Source: Bacteroidales bacterium
GTDB taxonomy: Bacteria > Bacteroidota > Bacteroidia > Bacteroidales > Prolixibacteraceae
Length of the DNA: 64,000 nt
NCBI GenBank assembly: GCA_038248385.1
Contig: JBBRXN010000003.1
Coordinates: 34,223 to 98,222 of the forward strand
Direction of reading: 5' to 3'
The notes beneath the pieces were generated by a model. The model was not told where the DNA came from, searched no databases, and saw nothing but the letters and a program-made list of their open reading frames with translations. Of this stretch, positions 48,846-58,764 are shown piece after piece. The position numbers were made by a program, and so were the translations under genes. The number at the start of each line of letters is the position of its first letter. The stretch's first letter is position 1.

Positions 48846-50279
48846 ATGATTACACGAATATTAATCCTGTTTGCCTTCTTCGGAATTGGCATTAGTCAGG
48901 CGCAAAATGGGAAATGGCAAGGCCCATCGGTCGATTTCTCTCATGGGAAGCTGAAAGTTTCAGAAAATAAACGATTTTTGGTTTTTGAAGATGAAACTCC
49001 ATTCTTTTATTTAGGCGATACCGGCTGGGAATTACTGCACCGCCTTACCAAGTCCGATGCTGAAAAGTATCTCGAAAACCGCCGCCAGAAGGGTTTTACC
49101 GTAATTCAGGCTGTTGCGCTTGCTGAACTCGATGGATTGAATACTCCCAATGCTGAAGGTGAAAAACCATTGATAAACAACGATCCAACCAAACCCAACG
49201 AAAAGTATTTTGCTCATGTTGATTGGGTTATTAAAAAAGCTGCGGAAAAAGGAATTTTCATCGGGCTTTTGCCAACCTGGGGCGACAAATGGAATAAAAA
49301 GTGGGGTCAAGGTCCTGAAATTTTCACTCCTGAAAATTCAAAAACCTATGGGAAGTTTCTTGGCGAACGATATAAAAAGAGTCCAAACATTATCTGGATA
49401 CTTGGTGGCGACCGCCCTGTGGAAACTGATGTCCACCGCCAGATAATTGCAGCAATGGCTGATGGTTTGCGCCAGGGCGACGGTGGAAATCATTTATTTT
49501 CCTTTCACCCAAGCGGAGGTAGCGGATCAGCACAATATTTCCCCAATGAAACTACATTGCTCGATTTTAACATGCGTCAGAATGGCCACAGCTTGAGCTT
49601 CACCGAGCGTTACCACCAAACCTCTGATGATTACAATCTTACTCCTGTAAAACCTGTACTTGATGCTGAACCGGTTTACGAAGACCACCCCATCAATTTC
49701 AATCCCGATCAAAATGGACATTCAGTATCAGCCGATATACGCCGTCCACTTTACTGGGATCTTTTTCAAGGGGCATGCGGCCACACTTACGGACACCATT
49801 CGGTTTGGCAAATGTATTCACCCGACAAACACCCCATTAATCGTCCGCTCATGCCATGGTACGAAGCCATCGATCAACCGGGTGCAGCTCAGATGATTTA
49901 CGGACGATTGCTGATGGAATCGCGCCCATACCTTACCCGAATTCCGGATAATTCGATCATCGTAACTGACATTGTTCCAACATCAGTTCCGGGTGCCGGA
50001 GCGTATCAATTCGTTGCAACACGCGATCAGAAAGGAACTTATGCGATGGTTTATGTTCCCGTTGGCCGAAAGTTCAGCGTTCGGATGGATGTAATTAAAG
50101 GGAAAGACATCAATGCCTGGTGGTACAATCCACGCAATGGAAAATCCACGATGATTGGCAAATTTGGTAATACCGGCACAAAATCATTCATCTCGCCCGA
50201 ACCGGGAGAAAGCACCGACTGGATTTTGGTTCTCGATGATGCATCGAAGAAATATTTGGCACCTGGAATAAGAAAGTGA
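48846..50279 (+). CDS. GH140 (DUF4038) apiosidase-like glycoside hydrolase
   Basis: Signal peptide; [54 protein letters not shown]. Confidence 0.9.
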   Translation: MITRILILFAFFGIGISQAQNGKWQGPSVDFSHGKLKVSENKRFLVFEDETPFFYLGDTGWELLHRLTKSDAEKYLENRRQKGFTVIQAVALAELDGLNTPNAEGEKPLINNDPTKPNEKYFAHVDWVIKKAAEKGIFIGLLPTWGDKWNKKWGQGPEIFTPENSKTYGKFLGERYKKSPNIIWILGGDRPVETDVHRQIIAAMADGLRQGDGGNHLFSFHPSGGSGSAQYFPNETTLLDFNMRQNGHSLSFTERYHQTSDDYNLTPVKPVLDAEPVYEDHPINFNPDQNGHSVSADIRRPLYWDLFQGACGHTYGHHSVWQMYSPDKHPINRPLMPWYEAIDQPGAAQMIYGRLLMESRPYLTRIPDNSIIVTDIVPTSVPGAGAYQFVATRDQKGTYAMVYVPVGRKFSVRMDVIKGKDINAWWYNPRNGKSTMIGKFGNTGTKSFISPEPGESTDWILVLDDASKKYLAPGIRK

Positions 50280-50327
50280 TCAGTGATCAGTCGCAGTTTT
50301 CAATCCTTCAGTAAATTCAGTAATTTT

Positions 50328-51140
50328 ATGGAAGCAGGAATAAGCAGCTACACCTTTACCTGGGCCATCGGGGTTCCGGGAAGTGAACCTGAAAATCCGA
50401 TGTCTGTTTTCGATCTGATCGAAATGGCCAAAACTCTTGAAATACAAGTAGTCCAGATTGCTGATAATTTGCCGCTTGATCAGTTTTCAGTTCAGGAATT
50501 GCAGGAAATTAAACGATTTTCAGACCAACTTGGAATTCAGATTGAAGTTGGTTCCCGCCGGATGACCCTGGAACGGTTGCACAAATATCTTGAAATCGCC
50601 CTAATCATGAATTCCCCTATTCTTCGCTTCGTAATCGACGGCCCGGGGTTCGAACCAACTTTGGATGAAATTCATGCCATTATTAAGGAAATTGTTCCGG
50701 AACTTGAAGCACAGAATATCATACTCGTCATCGAAAATCACGACCGTTTGCTGGCGCGCGAATTTGTTGAAATCGTTGAAAAATCGGGAAGTAAAAATGT
50801 GGCCATTTGTTTGGATACAGTCAATTCGATTGGCGCGGGTGAAGGTTTGGAAACGGTGATCGGATTGCTTGCCCCATTAACCAGAAATCTGCATGTCAAA
50901 GAATTCTCTATCCGTAGGGTTTCTCATAAAATGGGATTTGTCATAGAAGGAGTTCCTTTAGGTAAAGGGATGCTGCCTGTTGCAGAACTAATTTCAAAAG
51001 TTTCTGAACACTGTCAATCAGCCATTTTGGAACAATGGACACCACCGGAAGGGACCATTCAGAAAACCATTCAGAAAGAAAAAGAATGGGCAGAAGAAAG
51101 CATAAAGTATTTAAAATCAATTTTAAAATATCAACCATGA
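50328..51140 (+). CDS. oiaC: Sugar phosphate isomerase/epimerase TIM barrel; probable 3-oxo-isoapionate decarboxylase
   Basis: Start MEAGISSYTF; IENHD, CLDTVNS, LHVKE; directly upstream of apnO. Confidence 0.7.
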   Translation: MEAGISSYTFTWAIGVPGSEPENPMSVFDLIEMAKTLEIQVVQIADNLPLDQFSVQELQEIKRFSDQLGIQIEVGSRRMTLERLHKYLEIALIMNSPILRFVIDGPGFEPTLDEIHAIIKEIVPELEAQNIILVIENHDRLLAREFVEIVEKSGSKNVAICLDTVNSIGAGEGLETVIGLLAPLTRNLHVKEFSIRRVSHKMGFVIEGVPLGKGMLPVAELISKVSEHCQSAILEQWTPPEGTIQKTIQKEKEWAEESIKYLKSILKYQP

Positions 51141-51964
51141 AAAAAATTGTATTAATCGGAGCCGGAGGCAAAATGGGCATGCGGCTAAGCCGTAACCTGA
51201 AAGCTTCAGCATTTGAAATGAAATATGTTGAAATCAGCGAAGCCGGAATTGAAAAACTGACTGAACTTGGTGTTCAGGTTAGTGATGGAGCAGCGGTTGT
51301 TCCTGAAGCTGATGTAGTGATTTTGGCTGTTCCTGATGTGGCTCTGGCCAAAGTTTCGGCGAACATCATTCCGCAGATGAAACCAGGTGCATTGCTCATG
51401 ACTCTTGACCCGGCTGTTGCCCGCGCCGGACGGTTATTTCTGCGGAATGATGTTTCATATTTCATTGCGCACCCATCGCATCCATCGGTATTTAATTGGG
51501 AACCGACTCCCGAAGCTCAATCCGATTTCTTTGGCGGAACTTTGGCAAAACAAACCATTGTTTGTGCTTTGATGCAAGGGCCTGATTTAGATTATGAATT
51601 GGGCGAATTGGTCGCCAAAACCATGTACGCACCGGTTTTAAAAGCATTCAAAATAACCATGGAACAAATGGCTTTGCTCGAACCTGCATTGGTTGAAACG
51701 CTTTCATCTTCCTGCCTCGATTTGGTTCGGGAAGGCATGGAGGAAATTATATCCCGGGGAGTTCCGCGCGAAGCTGCCCGCGAATTTCTGATGGGACACA
51801 TCAATATTCAACTGGCGGTTCTTTTTAAGGAATTACCAAATGCGGTATTTTCCGACGCAGCCAATAAAGCATTGACCCGTGGCCGCAGCATTCTGTTCAA
51901 AGACGACTGGAAACAGATTTTCGAACCTGAAAATGTGTTGCAGCAGGTTATTGATATTACTTAA
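51137..51964 (+). CDS. apnO: D-apionate oxidoisomerase (PGDH_C domain)
   Basis: Start ATG 51137; LIGAGGKMG, LTLDPA-like motif, AHPSHP, QMALLEPALVET, FLMGH, FSDAA. Confidence 0.85.
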   Translation: MKKIVLIGAGGKMGMRLSRNLKASAFEMKYVEISEAGIEKLTELGVQVSDGAAVVPEADVVILAVPDVALAKVSANIIPQMKPGALLMTLDPAVARAGRLFLRNDVSYFIAHPSHPSVFNWEPTPEAQSDFFGGTLAKQTIVCALMQGPDLDYELGELVAKTMYAPVLKAFKITMEQMALLEPALVETLSSSCLDLVREGMEEIISRGVPREAAREFLMGHINIQLAVLFKELPNAVFSDAANKALTRGRSILFKDDWKQIFEPENVLQQVIDIT

Positions 51965-52112
51965 GTAATTGAAACAATTTATTGTCGTATTTTCTTTCTT
52001 GTTACTTAGTTCAGAGTTTCAAGATGAAATGACCATGAGGAATTCTTTCTCATGCAAAAAAATGATTACTGGGAATTCTACGTGGCAATTAAAAAACAAA
52101 TTATAAAAACAC

Positions 52113-53141
52113 ATGAAAAATTTAAGATTCGCGATATTCGGTTGTGGTTTCTGGAGCCAGTTTCAGTTGGGTGCCTGGCAGGAACTGGAAGGAGTTGAGT
52201 GTGTTGCCCTTTTCAACCGCACGAAATCAAAAGCCGGGGATTTGGCCGGGAAATTTGGCATTTCCCGGATTTATGATGATGCAGAAGAGCTGCTTAAGAC
52301 TGAACAAATTGACTTCATCGACATCATCACCGATGTTGATACCCATGAAAAATATACGCTTCTTGGTGCAAAATACGGAGTGGATATCATTTGCCAGAAG
52401 CCTTTGGCTCCAAGTTTGGAATCAGCAAAAAGAATGATGAAGGCAACGAAGGAGGCCGGGATCCGGTTTTATGTACACGAAAATTACCGCTGGCAGCCAC
52501 AGATTCGCCGGATGAAAGCGCTGCTCGATTCCGGAATTATTGGTAAGCCATTTCGTTGTAATTCTCTCTGGAATACTGCATTCCCGCTTTTTGAAACCCA
52601 ACCGTTTCTGGCAACACTGGAGCATTTTGCCTTAACCGACCAAGGTTCGCATCAGTTCGATGTTCTTAGGTATTTATTTGGCGAAGTGTCAACTATATAT
52701 ACTCAAATTCAAACAGTTAATCCAACTATAAAAGGAGAAGATGTAGCCACGAGTTTATTCCGAATGAAAAACGGGATGGTTTGCGTTCAGCAGATATCCT
52801 TCAGTTCGCCATTGGAAAAGGAAGTTTTCCCGCAAATTCTTCTGGTTGTTGAAGGAAACAAAGGTAGTATTCGTCTGGATGCAGATTATAACTTCGCTGT
52901 AACTGTCGGAAATAATACTACCTACGAGAAGCTTGAAATGCAGAAATATGCCTGGCAAACTGACCGCTTAGAGCCTGAACCACCAAGCATTGTGGCATGC
53001 AACAACAACATTCTTAAGGATATGCTGGGCAGTTCGAAAGCGGAAACCACTGCCATTGACAACTTTGAAACCGTAAAGCTGGTTTGGGCTGCCTACGAAT
53101 CGGCAGCTTCAGGAAAAGTCATAAGGATAAATGAATTTTAA
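52113..53141 (+). CDS. apsD: Gfo/Idh/MocA oxidoreductase; probable D-apiose dehydrogenase
   Basis: GCGFWSQFQLGAW, CQKP, HENYRWQP, QPFL, DQGSHQFD; apiose-locus context. Confidence 0.7.
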   Translation: MKNLRFAIFGCGFWSQFQLGAWQELEGVECVALFNRTKSKAGDLAGKFGISRIYDDAEELLKTEQIDFIDIITDVDTHEKYTLLGAKYGVDIICQKPLAPSLESAKRMMKATKEAGIRFYVHENYRWQPQIRRMKALLDSGIIGKPFRCNSLWNTAFPLFETQPFLATLEHFALTDQGSHQFDVLRYLFGEVSTIYTQIQTVNPTIKGEDVATSLFRMKNGMVCVQQISFSSPLEKEVFPQILLVVEGNKGSIRLDADYNFAVTVGNNTTYEKLEMQKYAWQTDRLEPEPPSIVACNNNILKDMLGSSKAETTAIDNFETVKLVWAAYESAASGKVIRINEF

Positions 53142-53649
53142 TTATCCCGAAAATGAAAACTTCCGCATTTTACAGGTCGATTACCAACCGGTATTGGACA
53201 GTTTCCCAAAGGGAATTACGGTGATGGCCTGGATAAAAAAAGACACCGCTTCGCACTGGAATACCATTGTTTCCAGAGAAATTGGAAGTGGTTGGTCAGA
53301 ATATGTTGGGCTGGCCGTTCACCATAACAAGGCACTTTTTTCGATTGATCCTGATGGGAAAAACTACCGGAATGTCAAGTCTGACGAATCGCTTTTACCC
53401 GGAATATGGTACCATCTGGCCGGAACATTCGACAACGAAACCATCAAACTCTACATCAACGGAAAGCTCACAAAATCACGATTTTGCCAATCGCCAATTC
53501 GTTTTCAGGATAAAAACCCATTGCTCATTGGGGGAAATTCAAACGATCAGAATCATTCGCTGGTCGATTGTTTTATAGGAAGTATTGATGAGGTGCGGAT
53601 TTACAAAAGAGCATTATCTTTACCTGAAATCAATCAACTGATGAAATAA
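53131..53649 (+). CDS. Stand-alone LamG/concanavalin-A-like domain protein
   Basis: TVMAWIK, WYHLAGTFD, KLYINGK, LLIGG, FIGSIDEVRIYKRALS; no signal peptide. Confidence 0.85.
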   Translation: MNFNYPENENFRILQVDYQPVLDSFPKGITVMAWIKKDTASHWNTIVSREIGSGWSEYVGLAVHHNKALFSIDPDGKNYRNVKSDESLLPGIWYHLAGTFDNETIKLYINGKLTKSRFCQSPIRFQDKNPLLIGGNSNDQNHSLVDCFIGSIDEVRIYKRALSLPEINQLMK

Positions 53650-53675
53650 ATCTCAGGAGAGCAAAACCATAACCG

Positions 53676-54167
53676 ATGAAGACCTTAAAAAAAACACTTT
53701 TCACACTCATTTTCGCAGTCACTTTTATTAGCTATCAAACAATTCAAGCCCAGCAAAACAACTGGACACATTTCAGAGGAAGCAAACTTAACGGGATTTC
53801 AGAAGAGACTCATGCTCCTATTCATTGGAACGATTCAACCAATATTCGTTGGAAAACCGATCTGAAAGGCAAGGGATGGTCGTCGCCGGTTGTTTTTGGC
53901 GATCAGGTTTGGTTGACCACAGCTACCGATGATGGTAAGAAGATGAATGGTATTTGTATGGATTTTAAAACTGGCAAGGTGATTTATGAGCTATTGCTTT
54001 TTTCGCCTGATTCGGTTCAGTCCAAACATTTAATCAGTGAAGGTCGTGAACTGAAAATTTTAGCCGAGAACAAATTGCCCGGAGAGGTTTACGCGACTCC
54101 TGCCATCCTTCGGAACACCATTTTGTTGCGCACCGACAAAAGCCTTTATTGCATAGGATCAAAATAA
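53676..54167 (+). pseudogene. PQQ-like beta-propeller protein with large in-frame internal deletion
   Basis: Signal peptide, NWTHFRG, KGWSSPVV N-terminal motifs joined near 54029 directly to C-terminal ILAENKL..YATPAI..LLRTDKSLYCIG; only 163 aa. Confidence 0.7.
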
Positions 54168-54180
54168 AAATATCCGGAAA

Positions 54181-56025
54181 ATGATTCTTGAAAAAATATC
54201 CGGAAGTTTTGCTTCAGGGCCTGAACAAACGATTTTAAAGGCCGGTCAACTCGATCTGGTTTATGAAAACGGCAACATCAGATGGATCAAGTTGTGTGAT
54301 TCGGAAATACTTCGGATGATTTATTCAGCTGTCCGCGACCGGAACTGGGGAACCATCGAACCGATCATCGAAGAAGAGATCACTGAAATTAAGCCAGATT
54401 CGTTTGATATTCGTGTGCGGATCGGTTATCACGCCGATCCCATACATTTTGTAGCCAATTACCATATTTTCGGAGAAAACAACCAGATCCGGATCGAAAT
54501 GAACGGAACAGCTCAATCCGATTTTCTCAAAAACCGGATCGGTTTCTGTGTGCTGCACCCCATTCGGGAATGTGCAGGAAAATCAGCCAATGTTGTTCAT
54601 CCGGATGGAAGTAGTTGTCAGTTCATCTTTCCTGAATATATTTCGGCTTGCCAACCGGTAATGAATGTCAGTTCTCTGAGCTGGGAACCGAAATTGGGAA
54701 TTGCGGCCACCATTGACTTTTCGGGTGATATTTTCGAAATGGAAGACCAGCGGAACTGGACCGATGCTTCTTTTAAAACTTACTGTACACCGCTTGAATT
54801 GCCATTTCCGGCAGAAATTAAAAAAGGAGAAACAGTTTCACAATGTATTGATTTGAAAGTTGAAACAACCCAAGTTCAGGCTGAACCATTGAATGAGTGC
54901 GTCTTTTTGTGGAATCCCGATCAAACTTATCCTCTTCCTGAAATCGGAACAGCCATCAGTTCAGGAAAGGAAACATTGACTCAAAACGAAATTAACCTGC
55001 TCAGTGAACTTCCACTCCGGCATCTTCGGGTTGAAATCAAGCTGATGGAACCGAATTTCAGGTTCATTCTTGAAAAAGCAAACCGTGAAAGCCAATTGCT
55101 GGACTGGCCGCTGTTTGTTGTACTTTATCTTTCTGATAGTTTTCATGAAGAAAACCAAAAATTTACCAAATTGTGCCGCGATTTAAAGGTCAATCTTTCT
55201 TATGTTTTGCTTGTTGGAAAAAATCATTTACCGTTTGATCAATTCGATGAGTTTTCAAATCAGTTTCGTGCCGATTTTCCTGAAGTTCGCCTTGGAACGG
55301 GTGTCAATGCCTATTTTGCAGAGTTGAACCGCACACAGCCTTCGGTTGAAAAAGCTGATTTTGTAAGTTTTACCATTTCGCCACAAATTCATGTATTCGA
55401 CAATGATTCGCTTGTCGAAAATCTGGAAGCACAAGCTGAAGTAATCAAATCTGCCCGAATTTTATATCCGCAGAAACCAATTTTTGTGTCACCAGTCAGT
55501 TTAAAACAAAGATTCAATGTGGTTGCAACCACACCCGAAACAGAAACAAAGCCCGGAACCCTGTCTTCTTCTGTCGATCCACGTCAACGATCGGTTTTTG
55601 CAGCACAATGGACTTTGGGAAGCCTAAAATTTTTGGCACAGGCCGGTGCTGAACTGGTCACTTATTACGAAACGGTGGGCTGGAAAGGCCTTATTCAGGG
55701 TGAACAAAAACCTGCAAACCGGAATCTGTTTCCGGCTGATGCCAATGAGATTTTCCCGGTTTATAGGGCAATGAAAGAAATTTCAGGTTATTCATCAGTC
55801 GCTCATTCGGTTTCATCGCAACCTCTTAAGTTCGATGGATTGGTTGTTAATTCAGAAAACAAAATGAAATTGTTCCTGTTTAATTTCACTTCTGAAGATA
55901 TTGAAATAAGGTTGGAGCCTGCTGTCTTGCCTGAAAAGATTTATTCCCTGACAGGTGCAAAATATCCGGAATTTTCAGGAGAAAAATTGAAGTTGAAAGC
56001 CGGAGATTTGGTGGTAATTAATTGA
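54181..56025 (+). CDS. apnL: Probable D-apionate lactonase
   Basis: LKAGQLDLVYENGNIRWI, VRDRNWGT, RIGFCVLHP, FEMEDQRNWTDASFKTY, YFAELNR, DPRQ. Confidence 0.75.
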   Translation: MILEKISGSFASGPEQTILKAGQLDLVYENGNIRWIKLCDSEILRMIYSAVRDRNWGTIEPIIEEEITEIKPDSFDIRVRIGYHADPIHFVANYHIFGENNQIRIEMNGTAQSDFLKNRIGFCVLHPIRECAGKSANVVHPDGSSCQFIFPEYISACQPVMNVSSLSWEPKLGIAATIDFSGDIFEMEDQRNWTDASFKTYCTPLELPFPAEIKKGETVSQCIDLKVETTQVQAEPLNECVFLWNPDQTYPLPEIGTAISSGKETLTQNEINLLSELPLRHLRVEIKLMEPNFRFILEKANRESQLLDWPLFVVLYLSDSFHEENQKFTKLCRDLKVNLSYVLLVGKNHLPFDQFDEFSNQFRADFPEVRLGTGVNAYFAELNRTQPSVEKADFVSFTISPQIHVFDNDSLVENLEAQAEVIKSARILYPQKPIFVSPVSLKQRFNVVATTPETETKPGTLSSSVDPRQRSVFAAQWTLGSLKFLAQAGAELVTYYETVGWKGLIQGEQKPANRNLFPADANEIFPVYRAMKEISGYSSVAHSVSSQPLKFDGLVVNSENKMKLFLFNFTSEDIEIRLEPAVLPEKIYSLTGAKYPEFSGEKLKLKAGDLVVIN

Positions 56026-56052
56026 TGTTGTAAGGTAAAGAGATTCCATTTT

Positions 56053-56391
56053 TCAGAAAGAGATGGAATCCCTAAATAGTTGAGCAATTGTTTTCATTGA
56101 CAAGAACATTTTCCCACTATCCGGTAATTTCACAAATCCATATTTCAGATAAAATTTCTCCGCATTTTCATCTGTTGGTCTCACTATCACAGCCATCGAA
56201 CCGATACTTTTCAATGAAACTTCATAACCTTTGATCTGGTTGTTATTATCAGAAGCAATAAGACATACAGTTAAATTCCGGCCAATATCCTGTCCTACCT
56301 GTTCACGAATGTAATGATCAAGAGAAGGCTTGACACAACAGAGGCTCTTTCTATCTGATAATGAATCGAGAATTTCAGTCAGATAGATCAT
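56053..56391 (-). pseudogene. GNAT acetyltransferase toxin with internal deletion
   Basis: SLDHYIREQVGQD...IKGY fused directly to EVSLKSIGSMAVIV..NAEKFYLKYGF; central RLA/GxGxG acetyl-CoA motif absent. Confidence 0.8.
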
Positions 56392-56534
56392 TTCTGCGCA
56401 TGTATTCGATGTATTGTTCAGTAGCTAAATGTACGATATCCACCTAATTTTGGCATACTCAAATAGTTCCTTTGCTCTTTCGAAAGCCGGGTATCAAACC
56501 TAGCTGTTCCTTTTGATTTTACCTTAGTTTCCAT
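56388..56534 (-). pseudogene. DUF1778 antitoxin remnant (frameshifted and deleted)
   Basis: ATG 56534 METKVKSKGTARFDTRLSKEQ; ELFEYA in another frame, LGGYRT back in frame, stop at codon 39; ATGA coupling to the GNAT start retained. Confidence 0.75.
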
Positions 56535-56720
56535 TGTATTTATATTTATCAGGTAAATGTGCGGTTTACATCTTTATGTAATCACAGAATAAACTCTAAA
56601 ATAAACATGTTTTTCCTTGAAAATCTATTTCAATCTTTGTCAACTAAATTTCATTATACTTGTTAAGTATTTCAAATTTCAGACCGATACGTCTTTCTAT
56701 AAAACCTAACAAAGATAACG

Positions 56721-58634
56721 ATGGCCACAAAAATTCACAGTTTAAGCGGTTACATTCACGAGTATCAGAAAAGTATAGCCACCCCTGAAGCCTTCTGGGC
56801 CGAAATTGCTGAAAGTTTTTATTGGCACAAACGCTGTGATAAAGTATTGGAATGGGACTTTGAAACTCCTTCAATCAAATGGTACATAGGTGGAAAACTG
56901 AATATTACAGAAAATATTTTCGAAAGTAACATTTATACTTTAGGCAACCAGCCGGCCATTATCTGGGAGCCAAACAATCCGGAGGAACAAGGTCGGGTTT
57001 TGACTTATTCAGAACTTTGGAAAGAAGTCAATAAATTTGCCAACACGCTTAAACAACTTCAGGTAAAAAAAGGCGACCGGGTGGCCATTTACATGCCCAT
57101 GATTCCTGAACTCACCATTGCCATGCTGGCCTGCGCACGAATTGGCGCTATCCATTCAGTTGTTTTTGCAGGTTTTTCAGCGGCTTCTCTGGCTGACCGA
57201 ATCAATGATGCCGAAGCAAAAATAGTTCTGACTGCTGACGGTGGTTTCCGTGGTGAAAAAATTACCCCGCTTAAAAAAATTGTGGACGAAGCCTTGGAAA
57301 GCTGCCCCTGTGTTGAAACGGTGTTGGTTTACAAACGCACCAATTCGGATATCAACATGGTTGCTGATCGCGATATCTGGTGGCATACCGCCATCGAAGG
57401 TAAATCAGAAGTTTGTCCGGCTGAAGAGATGGATGCCGAAGATGTACTGTTTATTCTTTACACTTCAGGATCGACCGGAAAACCCAAAGGAATCGTTCAT
57501 ACCACCGGCGGATACATGGTTTATTCAGCCTACACCTTTAAAAATGTATTTCAGTACAATGCCGGAGATATCTATTTTTGCACTGCCGACATTGGATGGG
57601 TGACCGGTCATTCGTATATTGTTTACGGCCCATTGCTGAATGGCGCACAAACACTAATGTTTGAAGGTGTGCCTACCTGGCCGGATGCCGGACGTTTCTG
57701 GGAAATTGTTGATAAATACAAGGTCAGCCAGTTTTATACTGCACCCACTGCCATCCGTTCGTTGCTAGCACTTGGCATGGAACACATCAACAACAAGGAT
57801 TTATCGTCGCTCAAGGTATTGGGTACAGTTGGAGAGCCCATCAACGAAGAAGCCTGGCACTGGTACCACGACCATATTGGGCGCAACCGCTGCCCTATTG
57901 TTGATACCTGGTGGCAAACAGAAACCGGAGGAGTAATGATCAGCGCATTGCCGGGGATAATCCCAACCAAACCAGCCTTTGCCACCTTGCCGTTGCCCGG
58001 AGTTCAACCTGTAATTGTGAACGGCGAAGGGAAAGAACTTAGCGGCAACAGCGTGAAAGGGAATCTCTGTATCAGATTCCCCTGGCCCGGAATTGCCCGT
58101 ACGCTCTGGGGTGATCATGAACGCTTTAAAGAAGCTTACTTTTCGACATATAGAAACCTTTATTTTACCGGCGATGGGGCGCAACGAGACGAAGACGGCT
58201 ATTACCGCATTCTTGGCCGTGTTGACGACGTGATCAATGTATCAGGTCATCGGCTTGGTACCGCTGAAATTGAAAATGCGATCAATGCACACCCATTGGT
58301 CAACGAATCAGCAGTGGTAGGTTATCCACATTCAATCAAAGGTCAGGGAATTTATGCTTTCGTGGTTTGTGGCGAACTTTCAACCGGTGGTGAGGAAGGA
58401 ATCCGGAAAAGTATCAAAATGGCAGTTACCAATATGATTGGGCCATTTGCACGACCTGATCTGATTCAACTGGTTCCCGGATTACCGAAAACCCGTTCAG
58501 GAAAAATCATGCGGCGAATTCTGCGGAAAGTGGCCGAAGGCGATGCCTCCAATCTGGGCGATATTACTACTTTGCTCGACGAGGAAGTGGTGGATAAGAT
58601 TATTGATGGAGCGCTGGTGGAGGTCAAACGTTAG
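56721..58634 (+). CDS. acs: Acetyl-CoA synthetase
   Basis: LYTSGSTGKPKG, DIGWVTGHSY, DTWWQTETGG, SGHRLGTAEIE, LPKTRSGKIMRRILRK. Confidence 0.98.
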   Translation: MATKIHSLSGYIHEYQKSIATPEAFWAEIAESFYWHKRCDKVLEWDFETPSIKWYIGGKLNITENIFESNIYTLGNQPAIIWEPNNPEEQGRVLTYSELWKEVNKFANTLKQLQVKKGDRVAIYMPMIPELTIAMLACARIGAIHSVVFAGFSAASLADRINDAEAKIVLTADGGFRGEKITPLKKIVDEALESCPCVETVLVYKRTNSDINMVADRDIWWHTAIEGKSEVCPAEEMDAEDVLFILYTSGSTGKPKGIVHTTGGYMVYSAYTFKNVFQYNAGDIYFCTADIGWVTGHSYIVYGPLLNGAQTLMFEGVPTWPDAGRFWEIVDKYKVSQFYTAPTAIRSLLALGMEHINNKDLSSLKVLGTVGEPINEEAWHWYHDHIGRNRCPIVDTWWQTETGGVMISALPGIIPTKPAFATLPLPGVQPVIVNGEGKELSGNSVKGNLCIRFPWPGIARTLWGDHERFKEAYFSTYRNLYFTGDGAQRDEDGYYRILGRVDDVINVSGHRLGTAEIENAINAHPLVNESAVVGYPHSIKGQGIYAFVVCGELSTGGEEGIRKSIKMAVTNMIGPFARPDLIQLVPGLPKTRSGKIMRRILRKVAEGDASNLGDITTLLDEEVVDKIIDGALVEVKR

Positions 58635-58764
58635 GAAGCCCTATCCCCAACCCTTCCCCAAAAGGGAAGGGAGTTTTGAAGCAAAGCTCAGTAAACTTTC
58701 ACTTAAGGTAGTTTTGATATTTTTATCGATTGAAAAAGTCCACCTTGGGGGATTTAGGGGGCTT
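58635..58764. mobile_element. 130-bp MITE/REP-doublet element between convergent stop codons
   Basis: Left GAAGCCCTATCCCCAACCCTTCCCCAAAAGGGAAGGG, right AAGTCCACCTTGGGGGATTTAGGGGGCTT; abuts acs TAG and beta-lactamase TAA exactly. Confidence 0.65.

Noticed and set aside
51035-51136. Extended start of apnO
   Set aside because: Overlaps oiaC; ATG 51137 forms an ATGA coupling and begins the Rossmann motif
54166-54205. 14-bp direct repeat AAAAATATCCGGAA straddling the apnL start
   Set aside because: A-rich, only two copies, could be chance; no independent support
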